From Candidatus Poribacteria bacterium (lineage in GTDB: Bacteria; Poribacteria; WGA-4E; PCPOR2b): DNA of 64,000 nucleotides. The notes under the pieces are model-generated. The model was not told where the DNA came from. It made no database searches and saw only the letters and a program-made list of their open reading frames with translations. This document shows, piece after piece, positions 42,839 to 54,200 of this stretch; position 1 is the stretch's first letter; each line of letters opens with the position of its first letter. Position numbers and translations under genes: made by a program. Location: the NCBI GenBank assembly GCA_965218095.1, contig OZ244587.1, positions 4,512,001-4,576,000 of the forward strand, written 5' to 3'.

Positions 42839-44013
42839 TGTGGTGTCTTCCCTTTAAGGCGTTTGTACATCTGATAATGTGCTTCAGCCAGCTTATCGTT
42901 ACCTGCCTTTTTGTATAGTTTCGCCAGATTGAAGTGATGATCAGGAACTTCAGGGGCAAATTCGACAGCTTTCAGGAACGCCTGAATCGCCTTCGGTATA
43001 TTACCCTGCATTGCATAGGTAACGCTGAGTGTATTGTATAAAGTTGCTTCATGCGGGCGGCGTTGAATCGCATTGAGCACCGCCTTTCGCGCTGATACAG
43101 GGTAGCCAAGCCTGATGAACGCCTCGCTCAGTTCATGATAAAATGAGGCGTTTGCGGGCGCTAATTCAATACATTTTTGAAACACCGGTATCGCCTCTGC
43201 ATAGTTTTTTCGACGCATCAATAACTCGCCCAATCTAGCCCAGCCCTCAATGTTGCCCGGTTCTGTCTGAGTGAGCCGACGGAAATGGTCATATTCCACA
43301 GATTCTTTTTGCAACCGTTGGAATCGAAGCATTTCAGTCCGCGCTTTCTCTCTCTCCCCCAAACGGAAATAGGCTGTGCCCAAACCGTGATGTGGCTGCG
43401 AATAGCGAGGCGAAAGCTGGATGGCTTTCTCGAAGTACAGTATCGCCTCCTTATGTTTTTTTTGATTAAGGTAAGCTATACCCAGTTCGTGGTATATATC
43501 TGGTGAGGTGGGCCTTAACTCAACTGCCTTTTTCAGCGTCTCTGCTGCTTCTGCAAACTGGCGCAACTTGACCTGAGCCTGTCCAAGCACATAGTACGCG
43601 CGAGCGTGCATTGGCGAGAGGGCGATAGCCTTCTGAAGGGCTTCCGATGCCTTTGCCCATTCACCGAGCGTTAAATAGGCTTGCCCCAGTGAATATAAAG
43701 CCTGTATATTGTCCGGCATTAGTTCCAGAGATCTTCGGTAGGCAGCCACAGCTTTGTTCCCGAAATCGATTTTCGCATAGACCATTCTCAGATGATGGTG
43801 GATTTCGTAGTGGTCTAGTTCAATCTTAAGCGCTTTTTCAAATTCTGTGGCAGCGGCCTGGCGCCCTCCATGGAATAGCCGTATGAATCCTCGTTCCACA
43901 TGGGTAATATATTCTAAATGGCGTGCCTCCACATCTGCGTGTCCTGTATTCAGGATTCCTAACAGCATAGAACACAAGCAGGTTATATACAGGAATCTTG
44001 TCGGTCTTCGCAT
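42835..44013 (-). CDS. Secreted TPR protein
   Basis: Signal peptide followed by multiple TPRs. Confidence 0.88.
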   Translation of the reverse strand: MRRPTRFLYITCLCSMLLGILNTGHADVEARHLEYITHVERGFIRLFHGGRQAAATEFEKALKIELDHYEIHHHLRMVYAKIDFGNKAVAAYRRSLELMPDNIQALYSLGQAYLTLGEWAKASEALQKAIALSPMHARAYYVLGQAQVKLRQFAEAAETLKKAVELRPTSPDIYHELGIAYLNQKKHKEAILYFEKAIQLSPRYSQPHHGLGTAYFRLGEREKARTEMLRFQRLQKESVEYDHFRRLTQTEPGNIEGWARLGELLMRRKNYAEAIPVFQKCIELAPANASFYHELSEAFIRLGYPVSARKAVLNAIQRRPHEATLYNTLSVTYAMQGNIPKAIQAFLKAVEFAPEVPDHHFNLAKLYKKAGNDKLAEAHYQMYKRLKGKTPQ

Positions 44014-44129
44014 GAATTAACACCTTATTCAAACTGACTGATGATGGTCGCTTATATTTACGCGCGCCCACCAAGATTAACAACCCGAAGGAGATAGGTT
44101 CACGCAATAAGTGGTACATCAGACACCAC

Positions 44130-44355
44130 GGTAGCACCACAATAAAGTGTGGAATCGCCACACCGGCCGCCTTGGCGCCCATCATCCGTCATACATTTGT
44201 CATACAGATTTTTGTGCAATGGGTCAAGACGCCCATGACCATTAGATTGTCAGTGTCTTACAACGTCAGACAATTGACACTGCGTTGGACGTTTTTTGTG
44301 CCAAATGACCGTTTTTTGGCTCAAATGTACCTCCACACTTAGTTGCAGTGCTACC
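44130..44355. mobile_element. Internally deleted IS / MITE
   Basis: TIR ggtagcaccacaataaagtgtgga / tccacacttagttgcagtgctacc (20/24). Confidence 0.65.
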
Positions 44356-44621
44356 TCGGTATTACGTCCTGTTTGAAAGTGCTGATACTGTGACGGAAGT
44401 CATTTGCCATCCGCTTGAGGAATCTCTACGATTCGCGAAATGGTATAATCTTGACAGAATTAGAGATTGGCGCTATAATTTCCGCATATCGATCGCCACA
44501 GTTTTAAATCATCAATGAGCATGAGATGATTGTGTGGAAATTTCTCAATGAACGGCGGGGCGATCGCTTAGATCCTGCCAGGCTCGTCGATACCCTGAAA
44601 AAATTGTAGAAGGGAATCGCT

Positions 44622-46028
44622 ATGACAAATAAACTCATTTATCAAACATTGGTATTGATCCTCTTGGGGACTGTGCTGATTGTGTGGTTCGGTTGTGGTA
44701 GCAGTGATGATTCCAGCAGCGATAATCCCACGGTGGCAGAAAACGCATCAAGTGACGATTCGATTGCTGAAGTTGCAACCGGTAACCTCAAGGGACGGGT
44801 GGTACGGATTGAAGGCGTGCAGATCGACGTCCAAGTCCTGCAAGATGGCACCGTGATTGCCTCCACCGAAGCTAAGCCCGATGGAAGTTACCAGATCGAT
44901 AACATTAAATCTGGAACCTACACGGTTCAAATCACAGCGAAAGGCTATAAAGTTGTTGAGCAAACCGTGCAGGTCCGCGCGGGTGAAGTTCCGGTGCTGG
45001 ATAACGTAGCACTCGAAGCATTGGAAGCCCCCGTTACCCACATTCGTGGGCTTGTATTAGACCAAGAAACGAAGACCCTCCTCAACGGAGCCCGCGTTCA
45101 ACTCATCAATGAAGCGAGGGTTGTTCGCGAGGTACTGACAAAGCAAACGGGCGTCTTTGAATTTGAAAATGTTCCTGCGGATCAGCAATTCACTCTCATC
45201 ATTGATGGTGAGAAGTACGAGAAACAAGAAATTACCATCAACCCCATTCCCGCCGGTGAAACTGAGAAAGTCGAAGTGGAGCTTGTCCCCCTGCCCAGGA
45301 TACGAGGGCTCTTACTGGATCAAATAACGAAGGACGGTATCCAATCGGCTCATGTTCAACTCATCGAAATGAAGGGGATGATGAACTGGGGCGATGTTCG
45401 TGAGGCAGAGACAAATGCGCTGGGAGTGTTTGAATTTGAAAACGTTCCCACAGATCAGCAATTCGCTCTCATAATTGATATCGATGGATACCAGAAGCAA
45501 GAAATCACCATTAACCCCATTTCAGGCGGTGAAATTGCGAAGGTTGAAGTTGAACTCGTCCCCATTAATCCGGATCAACTCCCCATCGGCGATGGTTTGA
45601 GGGTCGGCGTGGAAGCCCCAGCTTTTAGTCTGCCCGATCAGGACGGAAAGATTCGGACCCTCGCCGATTACGCCGGACAGAAGGTTGTACTGGCTTTTGA
45701 TCGCGGTCGCTGGTGAATATTTTGTCTTGAGCAACTTGTAAAGTTGCAGAACGTTTATAAAGGGATTCAAGCTGAAGATGCAGAAGTGCTCTTTATTACT
45801 TCCGATGCACGACCTGCTGACTTTAAAACAGGCTTCCCAAAGCTCTTAGATCCGAAGACAAAGGCAATTGCGGCTTATAATGCTGCGGATCCCCGTAATC
45901 GCCGGATCGCGAGGCCACTGTACTATATCGTCGACGAAAATGGGGTAATTCGGTGGAAATTTGTCGATGTACGGCTGGCAGGTCGCCTAGATCCGGCTAA
46001 GTTGGTCGACGCGTTAAAAAAATTGTAG
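44622..46028 (+). CDS. Lipoprotein selenoprotein: three carboxypeptidase-regulatory-like domains plus UxxC peroxiredoxin-like domain (468 aa)
   Basis: Lipobox WFGC; APAFSLPDQDG..RGRW-TGA-IFC reads in frame into 45744-46028. Confidence 0.85.
45731..45747 (+). promoter_or_regulatory. Bacterial SECIS-like hairpin
   Basis: gcaactt-gta-aagttgc; loop G lies 21 nt after the UGA. Confidence 0.65.
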
Positions 46029-46039
46029 GCGGAAGTTAT

Positions 46040-46197
46040 TATAACAAATAAACCAATTTATCTTGACTTGAGAGTTACGCTGATTATGTGGTCCGGTTGT
46101 GACAGCAGCGATAATCCCACAGTGACAGAAGACCCATCCGCCGGTAGCCTGAACGGGCAGGTGGAAGTGGTTGAAGGCGTACAGATCAACGCCCGCC
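46040..46197 (+). pseudogene. Decayed duplicate of the selenoprotein 5' end
   Basis: cagcagcgataatcccac and gaaggcgtacagatc match 44622-44830. Confidence 0.65.
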
Positions 46198-46238
46198 CCA
46201 TCGTTAGAAATTCTTGACATGAAAAAAAAGATGTGCTA

Positions 46239-47064
46239 GGTTCTGTTGACATTTGAGTATAAGGTTGTGGCATAATAGAAGAATGATGCCAATAACCTTA
46301 CCCGATGACCAATGGAAAAAGATATACTCGTTTCTTCTAACTTGTCCCACCATCTATGTTGGCAACGAAGCGACAACACGCCGCTTTATCGAAACGGTTC
46401 TCTGGACGACCCGTAGCGGTGCTCAATGGCGGATTCTGCCAGACACCTATGGTAAATCGAACACCCTCTATAAGCGTTTTGCTCGGTGGTGCGACAAAGG
46501 GGTCTTCACACAGATGCCCCCCCACTTCGCCGCCGACCCCGATATCGAGTCGCTTATTGTTGACAGTACAATCATTCGAGCGCACTCGTCTGCGGCGGGT
46601 GCCGAAAAAAAAACGTTGGCACTGAAAACCAAGCGTTAGGCCGCTCTCGCGGGGGATTCAGTACAAAAATTCACATCACCGTTGACGGCCTGGATAATCC
46701 CCTAAGAATACATCTGACGCCCGGTCAAAGAAACGACATAGCGGAAGCGGAAGCAGAAGCGTTGATACTTGGATATAAAAGCGAGTATGTGATTGGAGAC
46801 AAGGGATATGACTCCGACAATTTTATCACCGTTATTGAGGCGAATGGAGCGATTGCGGTGATACCGCCCAAAAGTCATCGTGTGGATCAAAGAGATTACG
46901 ACAAACATCTGTACAAAGAGAGACATCTGGTTGAATGTTTCATTAACAAGATAAAATGGTATCGCCGCATCTTCTCTCGGTTCGAGAAGTTAGCTATCCG
47001 TTATTTTGGATTTCTCAGCTTTGTCTCCACTCTTATATGGTTCCCTTGAAATGTCAACAGAACC
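46239..47064 (+). mobile_element. IS5-family element copy 3 (826 bp, more diverged)
   Basis: Same TIRs; A9 slippery run; 6-nt in-frame insertion. Confidence 0.92.
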
Positions 47065-47194
47065 TAAAATTAAACTATAGTCTCCCTTTTTTAGAGGGTG
47101 TGATATGCTCATAACACTCAAGGGAGGAATCACCAGTGCAAAAGGCGAAGGCGCCTATTGATGCCTCACTTTACTAAAAAGGAGGAAATTGAAG

Positions 47195-47821
47195 ATGCGA
47201 TTGGTAATGGGAATTACGCTAAGTATTTTGGTATTAGTTTGAATGTCTGCTCTTAGCCCGACTTATGCGGCGAAGGAGCACGTTCTTCGCATTGAACACT
47301 CAGGGAGGTTTCATCCAAAGGCTGAGATATGCTGTGGAGAAATGGGTATTGCGTTTGACGCCCTCTTTTTCCAAACGAAGGATGACGAGATAGTCGCTGT
47401 CGACGATAACGACAAGATTCCATCTGTGGCGGGCGAAGGTAATACGGACATAGAGTGGTTCGGCGAATGGAAGCATCACCACGCAGGATGGTTGGCGGAG
47501 AAGGGGTATAATTTGTCGTTCTCCTGGACCCATGATGGTAGGTGGGATTTTCAGGACTTACCGGCAGGGGCTTTGGAGTATACCTTCACCGATGACGATG
47601 GATTTACCCACGTGTGGGCGATGTTTAACGTGTTCAACAACAATGGGATATTTAACCTTCTTATCGATGGAGAACTCATCGCAGGGGTGGACGAGTATGC
47701 CCCTGCCGACAATGCAGGACCTGGTTATACAAACCCGGTATATAACATCGAAGATATTTTGAGCGTGGAGCCTGCCAACAAGCTGGCGGCTACCTGGGGT
47801 GAAATCAAGCGTCGTTATTAG
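47195..47821 (+). pseudogene. Secreted protein with VEPxxKLAxTWGxIK C-terminal motif; TGA in signal peptide
   Basis: AAGGAGG SD then MRLVMGITLSILVLV*MSALSPTYA, in frame with 47243-47821. Confidence 0.7.
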
Positions 47822-47859
47822 ATTGTAACTCAACTTTGTTCACAGGCGCTCAAGTTGAT

Positions 47860-47913
47860 GGGCGCAATCAGTCTGAAAAAGACTTACTATTACTGATTGC
47901 GCCCATTTTTATT
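47860..47913 (+). terminator. Intrinsic terminator
   Basis: gggcgcaatcagt / actgattgcgccc followed by a T-rich tail. Confidence 0.65.
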
Positions 47914-48121
47914 GTCAATTCCTGAACGGGTTTAACGAAAAAATCAGCCTGTCCGACCTGGTCGGATACAGCGACACACCTGCGGAGCATGTACAGGTAG
48001 ATTCCGTGAAGATAGACTCAGGAAACCCCACACTCACTGAGCTAACATCATTCTTGCCGAAGCTCAAAAAGAACGAACTGCGTTTGGGGTCGGCACTCCC
48101 TTCCATGGGGCATTTTGCGCT

Positions 48122-48547
48122 TTATTCCAGGCCGAGCTGGTGCATAAACGCTAGCATCTTTGCCTCCGCCTGCTGGGCAATCGGTTCCAGCGTTTCCGGA
48201 TCTATCGTTGTCTGCTGAATCCTTTCATCGGTGTTTGTAAAGAGACAAAAACCGAGGTTGTGCCTCAGATCATGCATTGCTTGCTCAACATGATCTCTGA
48301 CAGATCCAGGCCGGTAGTGCCACTGCCTTGCCTTGGTCTGTCTCAGGTTTATGTGGCAGTGCCCCTTTCCTTTTGTTTCTTTTGCCTCGCCAAAGCAGTC
48401 AAGACGCAAAATCTCCTGGTCATAGGCATACATAGATGCTGCGGGGCCGTACCCGGCGCGATCATCCCGCCAGTAGACTTTCAGTCGAACATTGTCTTGT
48501 ATCGGATATTCAACCAGATCGTTTCTTCCTTGTTGTTCTGGAGGCAT
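48122..48547 (-). CDS. Hypothetical protein
   Basis: AAAGGAG SD before MPPEQQG; 141 aa. Confidence 0.6.
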   Translation of the reverse strand: MPPEQQGRNDLVEYPIQDNVRLKVYWRDDRAGYGPAASMYAYDQEILRLDCFGEAKETKGKGHCHINLRQTKARQWHYRPGSVRDHVEQAMHDLRHNLGFCLFTNTDERIQQTTIDPETLEPIAQQAEAKMLAFMHQLGLE

Positions 48548-48565
48548 CTTTTCTCCTTTCAATTG

Positions 48566-48755
48566 TATACTGCACAACGGCATAAACCGCGCTTTTGAAA
48601 TCATCCGCGAATAACGCGAATAGACACGAATTTTTATTCTTATTCGTGAAGATTGGCGAGACTCCCAAATCACACCACGATTTGAGGACGATTGAGTGGT
48701 TGGGGAGTCTCGATTCGCTGATAAAAAAAGCGCAATTTTACCCGGCGTTGAGTAT
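48566..48755. mobile_element. TATACT-ended MITE-like element
   Basis: Ends resemble 21982-22120; interior differs. Confidence 0.55.
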
Positions 48756-48802
48756 GTCTCCCTGAATGTATGGTACAGTATATCAGTCTGAATGAGAAAA
48801 GT

Positions 48803-49222
48803 CAAGCGACTACCACTCCTATTAGAAATTCCTCACGCATGGCGGCTAGCTGTTTGAGGCTCGTCTTCGCGGTGTCTTGAATCTCATCTGCTGTGTCCGC
48901 TGGCCGGACTTTAATTCCGATCCATCGTTGTCATCACACAGGTTGCTTCAACCACGTTTGTCTGCTGCCCTGCTTCTACATTTACGCTTCGATAGCATTC
49001 AACAAGACCAACCCCTTCTCCACGTTGACTCCCGGCGCACGCGGTAAAGGATCCGTGCTCACAGCGGAGTTTCCGCTCAATCACCTGCTGGATGTGACGG
49101 CTGAAGGCCGTTGCGGTACGGCTGTTTTGATACGGAAAATTGTACACCGCAACCGTCGATTCCGGATTGAACCCTTCAGCCATCGCACCCTTGATTAGCT
49201 GTAAACGTTTACGTGAGTTCAT
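48803..49222 (-). pseudogene. Frameshifted hypothetical gene remnant
   Basis: AAGGAG SD then MNSRKRLQLIKGAMAEG; frame breaks downstream. Confidence 0.35.
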
Positions 49223-49335
49223 TTGAGGTTCTCCTTCCTGATGTATGAAACGTATTGCGTAAAACGTAAAATTGCGTAAAACGTAAAACGACTCGTTGAT
49301 TTGTTCAAACTTGCGTAAAACAAAAGGAGTTAGAG

Positions 49336-50001
49336 ATGGAATGGAATAGCGAGACAGAACTTTTTGACATGATGGCAGAACAACTGTACGCCGCCGTGAT
49401 TGCAGACGCCCTGGATCGCATGGGGTATCGCAATCAGGCGATGCACCACAACATTCGTCCGTTATACACGGAAGTTGTTGTTGTTGGACGTGCAATGACC
49501 GTTTTAAGTGTAGATGTTTTTGAAATTCCCGACGAACCCTATCAGATGGAAATCGAGGCGGTGGACAACCTGAAGCCGAATGGTGTGCTGGTCTGCACGA
49601 CGAATCATTCAACCCGTCACTGTTTTTGGGGGGAACTCCTTTCGACGGCGGCAAGGGCGCGGGGTGCACGCGGCGCAATCATTGAGGGATTCATCCGCGA
49701 TACCAAACAGATTATGGCAATGCAATTTCCAGTGTTCATGACAGGGTTTTTGCCGTTGGATTCTAACGGGCGCGGCGATGTGTTGGCTTACGATGTCCCA
49801 ATCGTGTGTGGTGGCGTGCAGGTCAATCCGGGAGACATCGTTTTCGGGGATTACGATGGCGTGGTCGTCGTTCCCAGGGCAGTGGAAACGGACGTCATCG
49901 AAGCGGCGTTGGAAAAGGTCAGCGGTGAGAATCGCACCCGCGATGAGCTCCTTAAGGGTTTGACGTTGAAAGAAGTTTATGATAAGTACGGTATTTTGTA
50001 A
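49336..50001 (+). CDS. RraA/HMG aldolase family protein
   Basis: DALD, GRAMTV, WGELLS, IRD, PGDIVFGDYDGVVVVP. Confidence 0.92.
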   Translation: MEWNSETELFDMMAEQLYAAVIADALDRMGYRNQAMHHNIRPLYTEVVVVGRAMTVLSVDVFEIPDEPYQMEIEAVDNLKPNGVLVCTTNHSTRHCFWGELLSTAARARGARGAIIEGFIRDTKQIMAMQFPVFMTGFLPLDSNGRGDVLAYDVPIVCGGVQVNPGDIVFGDYDGVVVVPRAVETDVIEAALEKVSGENRTRDELLKGLTLKEVYDKYGIL

Positions 50002-50037
50002 TGATGTAGCTATATAATTCACGAAAGGAGAAGATCT

Positions 50038-50367
50038 ATGATTTATGAACTGCGCATCTACCAGGTCGTTCCCGGAAAGATGAAGGAACTCAACAATCGT
50101 TTTGCCAATATGACGATACACCTATTCGAGAAACACGGCATGAAGGTGGTTGGGTTCTGGGAAACCGCAATCGGTGAGGCAACGACGACGGAGTTGATTT
50201 ACATGCTCGTCTTTGAAGACCTCGGCCACTATCAACGGGCGTGGGATGCCTTTATCACCGATCCGGAGTGGCAGGAAGCCAAACGGCAGACGGAGGTTGA
50301 TGGGCCATTGGTGAACATCGCGGGATCAAAAATCCTCGAACCGACAGATTATTCCCCTATGCAATGA
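50038..50367 (+). CDS. NIPSNAP family protein
   Basis: IYELRIYQVVPGK, FEKHGM, PTDYSPM. Confidence 0.9.
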   Translation: MIYELRIYQVVPGKMKELNNRFANMTIHLFEKHGMKVVGFWETAIGEATTTELIYMLVFEDLGHYQRAWDAFITDPEWQEAKRQTEVDGPLVNIAGSKILEPTDYSPMQ

Positions 50368-50374
50368 TGAGGTA

Positions 50375-50677
50375 TTACGAGAGAAAGCATTTGCCGAAGG
50401 CCAAGAGCAAGCGCGACGCCCCTTTGAGCTGAATTTTCTGGCGAAGCAACTCCCAGACGATATGCTGCTCTTTGGCGAGGAATTTGAGCCAGGTTCGACT
50501 ATCGGCAGTAACATGCAAATCAGGGATATAGATGGTGAAACCCTTCGATAATTCGGGCATCACTTTATCGAAGTATTCAGATTGCGTCCGAAGTGTATGC
50601 AGCAGAAGCAGATTCGGTCCACCTCCGGTCGTTCGGTATCGAATACTTTGACCGTTTACTTCAAGTCGATTTGTCAT
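50375..50677 (-). pseudogene. Truncated alpha/beta hydrolase, probably a deletion fusion
   Basis: GGGPNLLLLH..IPDL then unrelated sequence. Confidence 0.6.
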
Positions 50678-50725
50678 GACAACATTTCCTTAATATAAAT
50701 GTATATGCACCTATTTTCTAAAAAA

Positions 50726-51166
50726 TTAAACTTTCTGAGCGATTGTGACTGATTCTGACAGGAGTCCTAGCAAACTGTCTAAAGTCTCTTGTCCCAAGCC
50801 CTCCACCATTTTCGCCTGTGCTTTTTCCCAAAGTAGCAGCGCCTCAACTAAGGTCGTTTGCCCCTGACTTGTCAGCCTTACCAATCGCGTGCGTCGATCC
50901 TCACCCGTTGTGCTCTCAATCAAGCCACCCTTTTCGAGCGGCTTGAGGTTGCGCGTCAACGTGGTTCGATCCATCACTAACTCCTCCGCCAACGCCTTAA
51001 TGGTCATTTGACCTATCAACGAAATTGTCGCAAGCACAGTAAACTGTGTCACTCGCAGTCCGCTGGGTTGCAACATCTCATCGTAGAGTTGCGTAATTGC
51101 CCGAGATCCCTTTCGGAGGTTGGCACAGGCACAAAATCTGACGTGGGATAAGTTTAACTCGTTCAT
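50726..51166 (-). CDS. MarR-family regulator
   Basis: CACANLRK, TQFTVL, MDRTTLTRNL, DRRTRLVRLT. Confidence 0.92.
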   Translation of the reverse strand: MNELNLSHVRFCACANLRKGSRAITQLYDEMLQPSGLRVTQFTVLATISLIGQMTIKALAEELVMDRTTLTRNLKPLEKGGLIESTTGEDRRTRLVRLTSQGQTTLVEALLLWEKAQAKMVEGLGQETLDSLLGLLSESVTIAQKV

Positions 51167-51260
51167 TTGGATTCCTTCAAAAGGTGTATACACACGTATT
51201 ATACATGTCTTCGTTGAGTTTGTCAACCAGGATTTTTCTTTTACTGATTCACCGAGCGTT

Positions 51261-54200
51261 TTACCGCAAGATCGCCAACCGACCAATCTTCTCAATCTTG
51301 CCCTCATTTGTCTCAACGATGACCTTGTAGAAATAGACGCCGTTTGCCAGGCGCATCCCATTCTCATCACGGGCATCCCAAAAGGTTTCGTTATAACCCC
51401 GTCTCGCCGATGCATCTTCAATCGTCCGGATGAGCCTGCCGCTCACTGTGTAGAGCTTGATCATGACCCAATCTGGCGCTTGAACAAGGTTATAGGTAAA
51501 CACCGTATTAGTGCGTACCGGGTTTGGCACATTCAGCACGTCCCTGATGTCCACAGCCTCCTCAAGGCAGAAGCGAGAGATGGGCGTTTCAGCCGTGTTT
51601 TCACTCATATCCGTGGCGAGAATTTGAAGCTGGTATTCGTCATTGGGCAGATCGGGTTCAAAGGTAATCTGCGCCTCCATCGGTTGGGTCACGTCAAACA
51701 CAAACTCGTAGCTGTCTTCAGGTAATGGAAGCAGTGGATGGCTTGTTGGGCTAAAGGCAAACTGAACCCTGGCTGGATCGATGCCGCTTTCGTCGGCGGT
51801 CAAAATCTCAAATTGCGGCTGTTCGTGTATAATCTCTCCATCCGTCAGCACCTCGCCGTTGATGCGGATTTCAATGGTTGGCGGCTCAAGATCCGGTTGT
51901 TGCTCAACGAAAAAGCGGAATTCACGAAATCCGCCCTCGCCCCCAAGTGGGTTCCCGTTGAGGTCCTTGACCGAGATTCTGAAGCGATAACGACCAATGA
52001 ACAAGGTTGGTTTGTAGCGGATGGGAACGGCTGTCACCTGCCCTCTGCTGACGACCTTAAAGTCCTTAATGGTTTCAAATGTGCCTTCATCTTTGCTCAC
52101 CGCCAGGGTAAAGCTGTCCAAATCGACCCCATTTTCATCTTCCAGGAGCAAGGAGATTTTGGGACGAGGTGGAATGATGCTGCCATCTCCGTTCCGAGAA
52201 TCCTGATTAGAGGTCCCGACATGCGGCACTTTACCGTCCACCCAGAGTTGGAGTTTTGGCGAATCTTGATCTGTACTCTGCATCAGTGCAAAGGTTGAAA
52301 GGTCCTTTGTTTTCGTGGAGACAACCCCCACAGCCGCCGTACTGAATTTAATCTTGTCCCCAAATTCAAATGGTCGAGCTCCAGAGGTAACAAGCACCTC
52401 AATGCCGATTTCGTTAAGGACTAAAGGTTGGTTGACTCTCCCCACGACGGGAGTCTCATCTGTGTTGCGAATCAGTTCATTTGCCCCATTGCGGAGCTCG
52501 AACCGCTGGCTATCTTGGAAAAAGATGAGCCAATCACCGCTCTCAAACAGATCTTGCTCCCCGATGTTTAAGCGCACATGCGCAGAACCGTCGCCGCGAT
52601 TGACACCCCGCGACGCGGAGAGAAGCACATCCCCGTTTGGTCCCAGATTGGTTTCAAAGGCCAACACATCGCCAAATTCAAAAATCAGATTTCTACCAAA
52701 CTCGTCTGTTTCTCCAAGGTGGGGAATATCTAACTCAACTCCCAGTCTTTCGTCCCTGAAGGGCACATCTACCCGCCCGATTCTGTCTAATTTCTCGATC
52801 TCACTTTTGCCCTTTCTTTGAATGGAGACCTCATATCGGTCGGCATCAAGGAAGAGGAGGACCCATTTTCCCACTGGCGTGAGGTTGGGATCAACGCGAA
52901 CATCAGAGGTCGGCAACTTTTGAACGCTTGTATTTCCCCCTTGTGTTGGCGTCACAAATCTTTCCAAAGCCAAATTCCCGTCATGATCGCGCAGGCTTTC
53001 GGAGGGGAGCCGTTTCCATGCACTAATTGCTTCCTTCCATTGATAGATCGCAAGACTCTCCACTTCCCGTTGTAAGGCGTCATTGAATCCTTCTGCTCCG
53101 GGGCTCAGCCTCAAATTTTTTTGCAAATTATCTTTCAAGGCGTCGAAGTCAAATCGGAGCTTGAGCGCCGCCGGCTCGACTAGTTGCTCGATGTCGGCAT
53201 GCAATTCGATTTGGTACGCCCCACGAAACGAGTTTCCACTTTGCAATGCCGTAGCACGGGGAAGCGGGCCAAAACGCAAGTCGGGCTGAAATGAAACGGG
53301 TGGCTCGATTGCATTGACGGAGAGCGTTATCGTGCGCTCGGAGGAAGCCCCAATTGGAAACATGGTGTCAAACACGCGATCCAAGCTAAACGCCGTGAGT
53401 TCCTCATTGGCCTTTAAGGTGAATTCGTTGACGACGAGAGATACGAAGCTCTTATTATCGAAGGAACGTGGCTCATCGAGCCTACCGACAACTCCATCCT
53501 CGTGGTCGTCGTCGGGCGATTCTGGGTCCGCGAAGACATAGATCTGATGAAAACCGGTGGACAACGGTTCAGTCAAGATTAGCGTCGCCATCGCCTCCTG
53601 AAGGTTCGTCTTGCTTGGTTTCCACGCATCGGCTCTGACCAGAACACGCCCAAGCACCTTTGCTTCGGGATCGATCTGTCCATCTCCGTTTCGATCCAGA
53701 GCACCGTCCGAAAACCAGACCTCGATCTCTATATCGATTTCCCTCCCGCCGTCGTTGATGAGTTGGGCGGTGAGGGTGTGGGCTTTTTTCTTACTTGAGA
53801 AAGCGTAGTGGATGGTCGGTGTTAGCACGGCTGCTGAGGCGATGGCGATATTCGCCCCTTCGGGCACTCTGAGAGATTTTCTGTCGGTCTTGATGATATG
53901 GTTGGTGCGGTCTGTCACCACGACTTGATACCGCACTGTTGCTCCGCTTTTTGGCAGGGGAATTGGCATTTGTAGCTTGTACCAGTGCCCACCGTTCGCC
54001 GCAGGGACGGGTGGTGCTGGATCGGGTATCATGGACATTGTCCGCTCCTTGAATTCCACTGTGTCACTCCAGACTACTTCTACCGCTTTAATTCCAGCAG
54101 GACCTTCATTATCCACAACCAGCGCAAAAAGGTTTAGCGTATTCGTGCCTTGATGCTCCATATCTTCGCGGACTTCGAGGATGGCGGGTTGATACGTCCA

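Noticed and set aside
47100-47190. Possible riboswitch before the secreted protein
   Set aside because: Only weak hairpins; no recognisable aptamer consensus
48911-49678. 255-aa minus-strand ORF and similar long shadow ORFs (5905-6672, 15924-16571, 55214-55750)
   Set aside because: They overlap well-supported genes antisense or out of frame and have no recognisable motifs
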